Part shown: piece by piece, positions 34,601 to 47,183 of the stretch
Position numbering within the stretch: position 1 is the first letter of the stretch
Layout of the letters: each line of letters starts with the position of its first letter
Source of the DNA: Hormiphora californensis
Lineage: Eukaryota > Animalia > Ctenophora
NCBI GenBank assembly: GCA_020137815.1
Contig: CM035351.1
Location: forward strand, 1,674,001-1,738,000
Reading direction: 5' to 3'
DNA length: 64,000 nucleotides
Notes under the pieces: generated by a model
The model's database searches: none
Told to the model about the DNA's origin: nothing
What the model saw: only the letters and a program-made list of their open reading frames with translations
Program-made: the position numbers and the translations under genes

Positions 34601-37600
34601 TGAAGTGGGGAAGAAGAATTTAGGAAGGGAGGAGAAAAGAGAGAGGGGTTTACCTTTTTTGGTCCTTTTTTGGGGGGGGTTTCCCTTTTTTTTTTTGGGG
34701 GCCCCCCCCCCTTTTTTTTTTTTTTTCCCCCCCTGGGGGGGGGGAAAAGGGGGAAAAAAGGGGGGGGGTTTAAATCCTGGATACCATCCCCCCCCCAAAA
34801 AATCTGCCCACTCACCAAACCCCTTTTTTTCCCAAAAGTGCACCCCTACACCCCGGGGCTGCGGCTGCGCCCGGCAGGTAATTCTCAGGGTTTTAATTTT
34901 TTTTTTAAAAAGAACCTCTCTTCCCCCTCCTTACAAATTTCTCTGGCTCTCTCCCCCCTCCCTCTTCCCCCCCCAATTAAACAAAACTTTTATTTCCCCT
35001 GACAAAAATCAATAATCCCTTCCCCGTGCCCCCCGGGGTTCCCTGATTAAATCTGACAAAAAATTTTGTCCATTTTTAAAAAAGATAAAAAATTTGCTTA
35101 AAATTTTTTGGGGGGGGGGGGTTTTTTTCCCCCCCCCCGGGGGGGAAAACTAGTTTTAACCCCAAAATAAATAATTAAACTACGCCCCACCTTTTCACCT
35201 ATTTGTTGAAGTACATGCTCTTGCCCTACTACACTTGTCTCTATGAGGGGAAAAACGCCCCCCTCTTTGAACTTTTTTCGGGCATTATTTTCCCATTGAA
35301 AAACGTGTTTTTTAAAAGGGGGGGGTCAATAAAAAGCCACCAGTATAGTTTTTTTTCCAAAAGGTTTATTTATTATCAAAAGATTTTTTATCACTTTTTT
35401 TTTCCCTTCCCCATTTCCCCTAATCTAAAACTGCCCACGCTGCATCCCATTGTGGGGGCAGGGGAAAAGAAGGGTTTGGTTTTTATAAGAAAAGGTGGAA
35501 GAGAGATCGGGGAGAGAGAGGGGGAGAAAAGAGAAAAGGGGAGAGAGAGAGAGAGAGAGAGAAAAGGAGAGAGAGAGGAGAGAGAGGGGAAGAGAAAATT
35601 TGGGAGCAAGTCTCAAGTTGGTAAAAAATTAAAACAAAAAAAAACCCCGGAAATATAGGCTCACCCTCCCCCACCCCCAAGGGCCCAAACCTATTTCCCT
35701 ATTGGGGGTAAAACCCCCTTGGGAAAAAGGGGAAATTTTTTTCCCAGTTTTAAAAAAAGGAAGTTATAGAATAAAGAAACCGGTGAAAATGGTTTTTTAT
35801 GTATTTCAAATATATTAGAAATTTAGAATATATAACCGACCGTGTGCTTAAAATAATGAACTTCATCAAATAAAAGGCATGCTAGATATTCCCTCACATC
35901 TTACTTACTTTTAAATCAAATAATCATCCCTATAATCTTCTTTTTCCTATCCTTTTCATTTTTTTCATTCCTCCCCCTTTCTTTCCTCAAAAATCTCTCC
36001 TCTTCCCCCTTTCTTTTTCTTTGTTCAAATTTTCCCTCCCTGAAAAGCTCATCTCATCAATGATCTTTATGGAATCAAAATGTTCTGGAACTTTGGTCAT
36101 TGAGCTTCTTTTTTTCCCAAGTTTTTGGGTTTTTTTTTCCATGGTTTTGGGGTGGGAAACCCTCCGGGCCGCTATCGTTTAAAAACCCAAACACTACTTT
36201 TGGGAAAAATTTGCCGGGGCCCGGGAGGAAAATTTCTCCCTCATCTCTCACCCCCCGTCTCACTTTTCTCTCTCCTCTCCCCTTTAACCCCCCCCCACTT
36301 TGGGTTGGTAAAAACTCAAATAAAGCTGACGAAAAAGCTGATTTTGTTAGGAGGGAACATATTATTATTTTGTATGCAAAAAAAAACATACCCTAGTTTT
36401 GGGGCGGGAGCGGGCTCCAATGGGTGCCCAGCTGGCTGCAATCCACTGGGAAAATTTTTTGGGGGGAATTTGGGGGGCCCCTTCCCTTGAAATACACATT
36501 TGGGAGTTGTGAAAAAGGGTAAAAAAAACCCGGGGTATCGTGACCTTGCGTGTGATTGGTGAGTTTTTTACAGACAACTAACGTCACAGACCCAATGTTT
36601 ATATTTTACCCATAAAAAACAAAAACAAAAAATATTAAAATTCATTCAACTTAGGGTCGAAGGGGAAATCGAGGTGACTTTTTCCCACCTTGGGGGGCCA
36701 CACATCATTACGTAGTAGTTCCAGAAAAACACGTCTATATTTTCCCCAATTTAGTAGCGGGCAGATGCTTTCCTGAAAATAAACTTGAAAAAAAACAAAT
36801 CATAAAGAGATTTTTGAAAATTGTACTTTTTAGTTTTTTAAAGAGGCAGGAAAAAATAATACCCACTCAACTATCAATTCGATCTGAAATTAGGCCCGAG
36901 TGCCCTACTGCCCTGTGTTTCAAATCACTCGTGTCTTGTCTGTCATGTCTTCTGCCCTGTCATGTCTGCCCAATGTCTGTCAGGGTCGTCTTGTCTGTTA
37001 TCTCATATTTTTTGGGTCTTTTTCTGTCATCCTTCCCCGAAAAATAACCTCAAGGAAACGGGTAAATGTAGCTAGGTCCCCCTTCCTGGTTTTCCCTGCG
37101 TTGAATTTTTGGCAGAATAGCCCCGACCTAAAAATCAAGGTTGACCTTAGCGGAAACCTCCCATCTGCAGGAAACTTCAGTTTTAAATGAACAAGGGAAC
37201 CCTCGTTTTGGGCAAATTTTCCGACTAAAAAGGGGGAGATCGGGTTAGGGGGGGTTGGCGGGATGGGTTTCCTTTTGGGGTTTCATGGAACATTTCGGTA
37301 CTTAAAACCCTTGGGGAAATATTTGTTTTTTTGTGTGTTCGAATGCGGGCGGACAATTTGTAGATTTGTGTGAAACAGGCTCACACTTAGTTTTAAATTT
37401 TCCTAAACCATTCTCTCTCTTTGCTTTTACCCAGGGTGTAAAAACGCATGTTTTGTTTTTCTAATTTGCGAGCGCGCTTTCGAGACAAACAAAAACGTCA
37501 AGGGTTCCCCCAACAAGGGAAAGCTGCTCATTTATTTTTGATTTTTAAAACCAAAGTTTAAAGGGTACCATGTAATAGGTGAGCCCCTTTGCCTCACCCC

Positions 37601-40600
37601 GTTCAAATTCCCCTGAAAAAAAGGGGCGTACCGCAACTATGCCCCTTTTCCTTTTTCCCCCGTGACCCCCCCCTTTACAAATTTTTAGACAAAAACTCTT
37701 TAGGGGGCCTATCCAGGGCCCAGAAAAAATAGGAAAAAATCGCCGTCCAATGAGGCCTTAAAAGTTTTTAAATTTTAGTTTAAAACCCCTTTTACCGGCC
37801 CCTTTTTACTCTCCGACCTAAAAAAAAAATCGCAAACCCCCCAAAACTTCAAAATAATGAATTCGCAAACTGCCCTGTCGTGTTTCTGTCGTGGGGGGGG
37901 GGGGCCCTTTTTGACCGCCCGCGTTCAAAATCTCACACAGCACTGCAAACATTCGGGAAAAATCGAGGGGTAGAGAATGGTCGGTTCCGAATCAAAATTT
38001 CTTGATCTTTACTATTCCATCTCTCCGCTATCCTACCCCCCCATCAACCGATCTCTCAGTAACCCCACCCCCCCATCTACTCATCTTTCACACCCCAACC
38101 CCTTTTTCTAGTCCATCTCTCCCTACCCCAATCCTCATCTACTCCATCTCTCAGTTTTTCCCTATTAGGGAAGCATAAAGATTGGGAAAAATTAGGGGGA
38201 GGGAACCCTATCCATAATCGTTTTTAAACTCTATCTTTCCCCGCCCCCATCAACTTTCCTCTTTTAAACTACCCTACCCCTAATCTAAATCCATCTCTCC
38301 CACCCTTCCCCCCTCCTCATTTTACTCCCCTCTCTCAGCTACCCTACCTCCCATTTTACCCCCATCTCCCCAGCTTCCCAAACCCCCCATTTACTCCATC
38401 TCTCAGCTTTCCTACCCCCCCATTTACCCCCATATCTCAGCTTTCCCCACCGCCAAATTTTCTCCCTCTCTCAATAAACCCCACCCCCCCCTTTTCTCCA
38501 TCTCTCAGCTTCCTCCCCCCCATTCCTCCATCTCTCAGGGTTTCCCCACCTCCCTTTACTCCCCTCTTCAGCTTCCCCACCTCCATTTACTCCCATTTCC
38601 CCCAGCTTTTCCCCACCTCCCATTTACTCCATCCCTTTCCCCCCCTTTTGTCCATCTCTTCACCCCACCCCCCCCCACCCCCCCCCCAAATTTACTCCCT
38701 GCTCCCCCCCTAACCTAAACCCCCCTTTACTCCATCTCTCAGCTTCCCTCCCCCCCATTTACTCCCTCTCCCCGTTTCCCCACCTCCCATTTACTCCACC
38801 CTCAGCTTCCCCACCTCCCATTTACCCCCATCTCTCAGCTTTTCCCACCTCCCCTTTACTCCCTCTCTCCTACCCTAAATTCCCTTTCCTTTTCTCTCAG
38901 CCCCTTTCCCCACCCCCCCCATTTTACTCCATCTCTTTAGCTTCCCACCTCCCATTTACTTTCCCCGCTTACCTTTCCCCCCTCCCATTTACTCCCACCT
39001 CAGCTTCCAAAACCTTTCCCCTTTACTCCATCCTCAGCTATCCTACCCCTCAAACAACTCGTCCTCAGCTACCCTAAACCCCCCATCTACTTCCATCTTT
39101 CAGCTACCCTAACCCTTATCTAGTCCTTTTTCCCGCTAAACCCCACTCCCCAACTACTTTCCCTCCCCCAGCTTTCCCCATTAGGGAACTAAAAATGGAA
39201 AAAATTAGGGGGGAGGAATCCCTTCCAATCGTTTCCCCCTCTCTATGCTTCCCCAGCCCTCATCAAACCCCTCTTTTTAGCTACCCCACCCCTAAAACTA
39301 GTTTCCCCCTTTCCCCCCCTTTCCCCTACCCTTCTCCTCATCTACTTTCCCCCCCCTCAGCTACCCTAACCCCCCATTTATCCCTCTCTCAGCTTCCCTT
39401 TCCCCCATTTACTCCTCTTCACTTACCCTACCTCCCATTTTTCTCCTATCTCAGCTTTCCCTCCTGCCTTTAAATCCATCTCTCAGATACCCTAACCTCC
39501 CCTTTCTCCATCTCTCAGCTTTTCCTACCTCCCATTCACTCCCTCCTCAGGTTCCCTACCTCCCATTTTTCCCCCATCCTCAGCTTCCTCCCTCCCCCAT
39601 TTTCCCCCTCCCTTTAACTTTCCCCCACCTCCCCCTTTACCCCCATCCTTTGCCTCCCATTTTTTTCCATTTTTCTCAGCCCCTCCCTTTCCCTTTACTC
39701 CATCTCTCAAATACCCTACCCCCCCTTTCCTCCCCATCCCCCTCGCTTCCCTACCCCCTTTCCCCCCATTCCCCCAGGGTTCCCACCTCCCATTTAAATT
39801 TCCTCCTCAACCTTTTCCCCACCCCCCCATTTTTCTCCCAAACTCTTTAGCTACCCTAAACCCTTTCCCTTTTTCCAAATTCATCTCTCAGCTTTTCTAC
39901 CCCCCATTTTTCTCCTCTCTCACCCCTTTCCCCCTAAAATCCCCAAATTTTCTCCATCGCTTACCTTCCCCACCCCCCCCAATTTTTCTCCCTCCCCCTT
40001 TACTTTTCCTACCTCCCATTTCAAATCCATCTCTCACTACCCTTTCCTCCCCCCCTTCTCCTTTCTTTTCTCAGCTTCCCCAAACCCCTCATTTACTCCA
40101 TCCCCTTTAGCCCCACCCCTACCCCCCATTAAACCATCTCTCACATCCCCAAACCCCCCCTTTACCCCCTCTCTCAGGGGTAGGGAATTTTTAGGATAAA
40201 AAGGGGGATGGAGTAAAAAGGGAGGTGGGAAGGTAAGAATGGAGTAATGGGAGGTAGGGTACTGAAAGGGTGGAGTAAAAGGGAAAAGGGTGCTGAGAAT
40301 TGGGGTAAAAAAGGGAGGTAGGGTTTGCTGAAAAGATTGGGGTGAAGGGAAAGGGAGGGTAGCTGAAAGATGGATAAATGGGAGGTAGGGAACCTGAGAG
40401 AAAGGGGAAATGGGAGGTTTGGGGAAGCGGGGAAAATGGAGTAAAATTGGGGGGGGGGGAGGGGGAGCTGAGAGAGGGGTAAAAAGGGGGGAGGGAAGCT
40501 GAAAGTGAATTTAAAAGGGGGGTAGGGTAGCTGGAGATGGAGTTTAAAAGGGAGGTAGGGAAGCTAGAGATGGGGTAAATGGGAGGAGGGGAGCTTAAGA

Positions 40601-43600
40601 TGGGGTTAAATGGGAGGTAGGGGAGTGAGAGATGGAGTAAATGGGGGGTAGGGTACTGAAAAGATTTGGGTAATGGGAGGTAGGGAAGCTGAAAATGGAT
40701 AAATGGGAGGGAGGGGACGAGAGTTTGGGGTAAATGGGGGGTAGGGGAGCTGAAGATGGGGTAAATGGGAAAGGGAGGGTAGCTGAAGATGGAGTGAAGG
40801 GGGGGTGGGAAGCTGAGAGAAAGGGGTTTAAAGGGGGGTAGGGAAGCTGAAGATGAAATAAAAGGGAGGGGGGGTAGTGAAAAGATGGGTAAATGGGAGG
40901 GAGGGAAACTGAGGATTGGAAATAAATTGGGGGGTAGGGTAGCTGATTGATGGGTAAAGGGAGGGGGGGTAGCTGAAGATGGAGTAAATGGGAGGTTTGG
41001 GTAGCTTAGAGATGGATAAAAGGGAGGGGGGAAGCTGAGGATGGAGAAAAGGAGGTAGGGAAGCTGGAGATGGATTTGGGAAAGGGAGGGTTTAAAAAAG
41101 GGAGGGGTAAATGGGAGGTAGGGTTTTGCTGAAGGGTGGGTGAATGTGAAAGGGAGGGGGCTGAGAGGGTTGGGGTAAAGGGGGGTAGGGTAGTTGGAGT
41201 GGGGTGAATGGGGGTAGGTAGCTGAGAATGGGGGTAAATGGGAGGGAAGGTGGAAATAAAGGGGGGTAGGGGGCCTTTAGGGGTGGAGTAAATGGGAGGT
41301 AGGGAAAACGAGAGTGGAGTAAATGGGAGGTAGGGAAAACCGGAGATGAGAGTGAAAGGGAGGTAGGGGACTGAGAAAATGGAGTAAATGGGGGGGTAGG
41401 GAAGCTGAGAGGGGAGTAAATGGGAGGGAAAGGGAAGCTGAGAGATGGGGTTTAAAAGGAGGTAGGTTTAATTTGAGAGATGGGGGGGAAAAGGGAGGGA
41501 GGGGTTTGGAAAAATGGGGGTAAAAAGGGAGGTAAGGGGGAACTGAGTTTTTGGGGGTTAAATGGGAGGTAGGGGAACTGAGGATGGATAAAAAAGGGGG
41601 GTGGGTAGCGAGAATGGGTAGATGAGGGGTAGGGTTCGGAGAGATGGACCCAGATTTTGGGGTAAAGGGGAAACTGAAAGATGGAGTTTTTGAGGGCCAA
41701 AGGGCCTAGAGATGGAAACGATTATGGATAAAGGGGTTCCCCCACCCCAATCGTTTCCCCTCTCTAGCTTCCCTAATAGGGAAGGGTGAAGTGGAGTAGA
41801 TAGGGAAATAGGGTAAAACTGAGAGTGGACTAATAAAGGGGAGGGTACTAAAGATGGAGTAATGAGGGGTAGGTAGCTTAAAGTGGAGTAGAAAAGGGGT
41901 AGGGGAGCTGAGAGATCGAGTTTAAATTAGGGGTAGGATAGCTAAGGGTGGAAATTGATCAAGGGCAAGAAATATTTGATTTTGGGGACCCCACCCTCTC
42001 TCTACACCTCGTGTTTTTCCCGCCCTGTTTTCCACGGGTGTGTGGGAGTTGAAAGCGAGGGCCCCGTCAATAACATTCACGACATGCCCAAAAACCCTTC
42101 GAGGGTGCGAATTTTTAATTTTTTGAAATTTTTTTGGGGGTTTCGATTTTTTTTTTTAGGTCGGAAAAGTGAAACGGCCCGGGGACAGTGGTTAAAAATA
42201 ATTTAAACTGTACCCTCATTAGACGGGGATTTTTCCTACTTTTCTGGTTCCTGAGATAAAGGGCCCCCCAAAAAGTTTTGGGGTCCCCAAACTGCTGAAT
42301 CGGGGGCCCCCGCGAGGGAAAAAGGGGGTAGTTTGCGGGGTACTTTCTCCTTTTTTTACGGGGCTTGAACAAAGGGGGACCGGCAAAAGTCCCCACCTAT
42401 TTCATGGTAAACCCTTTCCTTGTTTATTAAAACTAAAAAGATGAGAGGGAAGGCCCTTTTTAAAGAAACCTTTACGTGTTTTTCCCTTTTCCCCGCAAGC
42501 GCGCCCCGCCCCACTAGCAAACACGACATGCAGTTTTCCCCAAAACCCCGTTTATAGCCGCCAAGCAATTTTTTCTATTCTCTCTTTCCCCTCCCCACCT
42601 TTTTTTCGGAAAAGCCCCTTTTGTAGTGGGGGGATTGTTAAAGGGCGTAGAGATGGGGGGGGGGCACAAAACAAAAGGGGGGCAAATTCGCCCGCAGCTG
42701 ACCTCCTGTGAAAACCCTCCCCCTTTCCCACTTTTTAAAAAACAAAGAAAAGAGAGAGAGAAAAGAAGAGGAGAGAGAGAGAGAGAGTGGGGGAGAAAAG
42801 GAAAAAAAAAAAACAAGGGGGGGGAAAGGACAAGGGGACAGTGGGAAGTTCATGCTCGGAAAGGTTTCACGCTCCGAAAAAAGGGCACACGTTGAAAGAC
42901 AATGCCTCCTCCTCGTGGGGCCCAAACCCGGGGAAAAAAAGAAAATGGGGAATTTGGGAATGGTTAGGACAAAGAGGAAGACGTGTGATGAAATTGGGAA
43001 AAAGTTTTTAAACGGGGTTTTAAATTTTAACGTTTTAAAAATTACTAAATTTTCCCCGGGCGTTGGCGTTTTCCACGATCATCTTTACAGATCCGCCAAA
43101 AGAAACGCATAAACCCCCTCCACAATCCCCTTTCTCTCCCCATTTAGAAATAAACGTAAATTTTTAACCCTCCCAAGAGTAATAATGGGGCCATTTGAGC
43201 AAATAGGTCGTGGGGTTTTACTGAAAAAATTACAAATTTAGTAAATTTGGGGGGAAATTTTTTTTTAGAGGTGGGAAATTTTTGGGGGGGAAACTTTGGG
43301 GTACTTAAAAACCCACAGGGGAGGAGGGAGTGGGTGATGGGCTTTTTAACTTTCTAAATTTTTTCATGTCTCTCTTTTTTTTAAAACTATTTTTTAGATA
43401 CAACGTGTTCTAAAGAGAAGGGGTGCCTCTCCATTTCTCCCCACCCCTCCCCCTCTCTTTCTTTATCCCCCCCTCTTTTCCCCCACATATAGGTTTAACC
43501 TAATAAAAGTTTTCTGGTGTGCGTCCCTTGGGGGTTTTTTTGGGGGGGGGAAGGTTTTGGTTTTGGGAGTCTCCTTTTTTTCTATTTTTTTTTGAGGAAA

Positions 43601-46600
43601 GAACAAAGGCCCGGGGTTTGGGGGAATTTAATTTTTCAGGGGGAACTTGCTTTTTCCCCCTGCCTCCCCTTTTCTGTGGTCTCCAAAAAAACCGTGGGAG
43701 GAGATTTTTTTGGGACCTTCTTTTTAAAGAAAAACACAAATTCCCTTTCTTGTTTCCCCCCCGCACCACTAATTTGGGAGTCCAAAAACTGCCTAATTTT
43801 TCCCCCCCAGAAAAACGGGGATTGGCCCCCCAAAACTTTTGGAAAATTGGTTACACTTTTGTTTTCACCGTACCCTTTTCTTTCCATTCTCTCTCTCTCC
43901 CCCCCCCCATTTTAAAAAAAACCCCCCCTCTCCCCCCAATAACCTTCAAGGATCCACAAAAATGCTCCTAATGTCAATTTGTAAAAAGGGGGGTTCCCCC
44001 TGTTTGCTTCCCCTTCCCTTCCCCCCCCCCTTAAAAAACCCTTCTTTTCTTTTTCCCCCCTCCCCTCCCTTTTTTCTCCCAAATTTATTGGGTCACACCA
44101 AAACCCCCAAAAAACCAAAAAGGAACCGAGAACCCCAAACCCAGGGCCTCAAGTTTTCCCCCACTTCATTCTTTTGGTTTTCCCTCAAAAATTTTAAAAA
44201 AATTTTGTTGCCCTCCCAAGGAACAAAAGGGAAAAAAAGGCAAAAAACGTTTCGGTCTTTTTTTTTTTTTAAAAAATTTTCCCGCCCCTAAATATCATCA
44301 CCCGATCCAGGTAAACTTACCCCCCAGGAACTGACTGGGAGCCCAAAATTTGGGGTAGGTCTTTAGTAACTGACCCTTTTGTTTAAACTGTCAAATCTGG
44401 GGATATTTGGGTTTATTTTAGCGATCATTCGCTTCAAACCAAAAACCCCCGTGACAATTTACAAAAAATAAAAATTTAGTAGATTGTATTCACAAAACTT
44501 GGGCCGTAAAAACCCCCACATCCCCGCTTATACGAAAATTTCCCCTCTAACCAGGAGAGGGCCCTTGCGATAGTAAGGGGACGTTTCAGCGTGCCCCCAA
44601 GGTAGGGGTAACTGCGTTACCAAACATGAGCACAACATGAAAACCCCTAGCATATCACAAAAAAAAAAACTACCCTGGTTGTTACAGTGGGATTCCACTT
44701 AAAACCCCCGGGTTTAAAAATGAAAGGCCCTGGGTTTTGAAACTGATTTACTGCCCCACGCCAGCAAGTTACCCTGGGGTATTTGGGGCACTTGGGTGAT
44801 GATGTTCCCGACCATTCCAAAACTTTTTTTTGGGGAGGGGGAAAAGGGAAACTTTTGGGGGGGGGGGGGGGGGGGGGGGGTGGGGGGGAAGAAAGGGGGT
44901 TGAGGGGGGGGGAAATGGTGGGGGGGTAAAAGGGAAATTTGGGGGAGAGGGGGAACTGGTGGGAAGGTAAAAGGAAAAAGGGGGGAGGGGGGAAGGGGGT
45001 GGGGGGGAAAGGGGGTAAAATGGGGAAAAAATTTTTTTTTTTTCCTTTCAGATCTAAACTGAAACGGGCATGCATTTTTGAGGGGGAGGAGGGAAAGAAA
45101 GGAGTCGGCTTTATAAGAGAAAGGTGGAGAGAGAGAGAGAGAGAGAGAGAAAGTTGGAGCAAGTCTCAAGTTGGTAATAATTGAACAATAAAACACCGGA
45201 AATATAGGCTCACCCGGTCACCCCACGCAGGCCCAAACCTACTTCCTATTGTGGGTACAACACTTCGAGAAAAGTTTAATTCGTCCCAGATTTAGAAAGA
45301 AGAAGGTATAGAATAAAGAAGACCTGGTGAAAATAAGGTCTGTATGTATTTCTAATATAACCCAGCGTGTGTCGTGTGTCTTGAAATAATGAACTGTCAT
45401 CAAATGAAAGGCATGCTAGATATATCCCTCACATCTCTCTTACGTTCATAATATATCATCCCTATATATCTTCATTTCCTATCTTGTTCATTATTTCATT
45501 CTCTCTCTCCTTTCCTTTTTCTAAATCTCTTTCTCTCTCTCCCTCTCTTTCTCTCTTTCTCTCTTCCTTTCTCTCTCTCTCTCTCTTCCTTTATTTCTAA
45601 TTTCTCCCTGATAGCTCATCTCATCAATGATCGTTATGGAACATCATAGAATGTTCTGGAACTGTGGTCAGTGAGCTTCTTTGTTTCAAATACATTTGGT
45701 TTTATTTTCACATGGTTTTGTGGTAGGAACCTCCTGAGGCCGCCATCGCTTAAATCCCCACAACTGTTGGAAAATTGCCAGGGCCGGAGGTAAAGTTCTC
45801 CCTCTATCTCTCTCACTCTCTCTCTCTCTCACTCTTACCCTATCTACTTAGTCATTCTCCCTTTCTCTCCTTACCCCTCACGTGGGTTGGTAACACTGAC
45901 AAATGAGCTGACGAGAAAGCTGAGTTGTATACGGATGTGAGACATATATTATGTGTATGCAAAAACAAACATACCCTAGCTGGGGCTGGGAGCGGGCTCC
46001 AATGGGTGCCCAGCTGCAATACACTGCCAATGGGACGTGCACCTGCTGCAATACACACTTGGAGTTGTGATGGGTAACCCGAGTATTCGTGACACTTGGG
46101 TGAGATTGGTGAGCTTTATACACTATACAGACGAACTGACAAACAGTCACTATAGATCATGATAAATATTATATCATGAAAAACTAAAACATAAATATTA
46201 TATCATTCAACTTACGTCGAAGGGGTATCGAGGTGACTCTTCGACCTTGGCGCCATCGCTATCGTATACGTAGTAGTTACCAGCAAAACTAGCGTCTATA
46301 TCTTCCAATGAGTAGCTGCAGACTGCGTAGCTGAAAATAGAACTCTTGATAAAAACAAATCATCAAGAGATATTGATATTGTACTTTTTAGAAGAATAAT
46401 ATCGCAAATCACTCAACTATCAATTTCGGTCTCTAACTGCGTTTCTGTATGTCTATTATTTTCATTCATGTCTGCCATGTCTATAATCTATATTCTTGTC
46501 ACTACTGTCAATCTTACCCTACAATAACGACATCAAGGTACTGGGTAAATGTAGCATAGAGTCTCTGGCTTTCTGCGTTGAATGTTGCAGAATAGACGAC

Positions 46601-47123
46601 CTCAAAATCAAGATTGACCTTAGCGGAAACCTGCATCTCGCACGTAACTTCAGTCTTAATGAACGATAGAAACATCGTGTTGACTATATTCGACTGAGGG
46701 GGAGATCGTGTTAGAGGGGGTTGGAGTGATCTGGTTAGGGGGGGGGGGGGGGTTGGAGGTATCGGGGATATAGCACTTCTACTTGGGTTCATGGAACATG
46801 TCGGTACTTCAAACAGTGTGGATATTTGTTTGTTTGTGTGTTCGAATGCTGCGTATAACTTGTAGAACTGTGTGAAACAGGCTCACACTTAGCTTTAATC
46901 CTAAACCATTCTCTCTCTCTCTCTCACTCTTTGCTTTTATAGCCGCCAAGCATTTTACATAATTCTCTCTCTTTCTCCCTCTCAGCCTTTTTACGGAATA
47001 GCAGCTTTAGTAGTGGGGTATTGTTAGGTCGTGAGAGATGGGGAGGCACAATACAAAGGGTGGCAGCTTCGCATGCAGCTGACACTACTCTGTGAAAACG
47101 TCACTTTCCCACTTTAGACAAAC

Positions 47124-47183
<60 letters not shown>

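Noticed and set aside
33851-45196. Many K/G/F/P-rich ORFs, or a hypermutated pseudogene
   Set aside because: The pattern is homopolymer inflation typical of noisy reads, not biological decay.
45634-45816. Extra semaphorin exon
   Set aside because: The frame is not conserved in the allelic copy at ~32100-32240, and the model is phase-complete without it.
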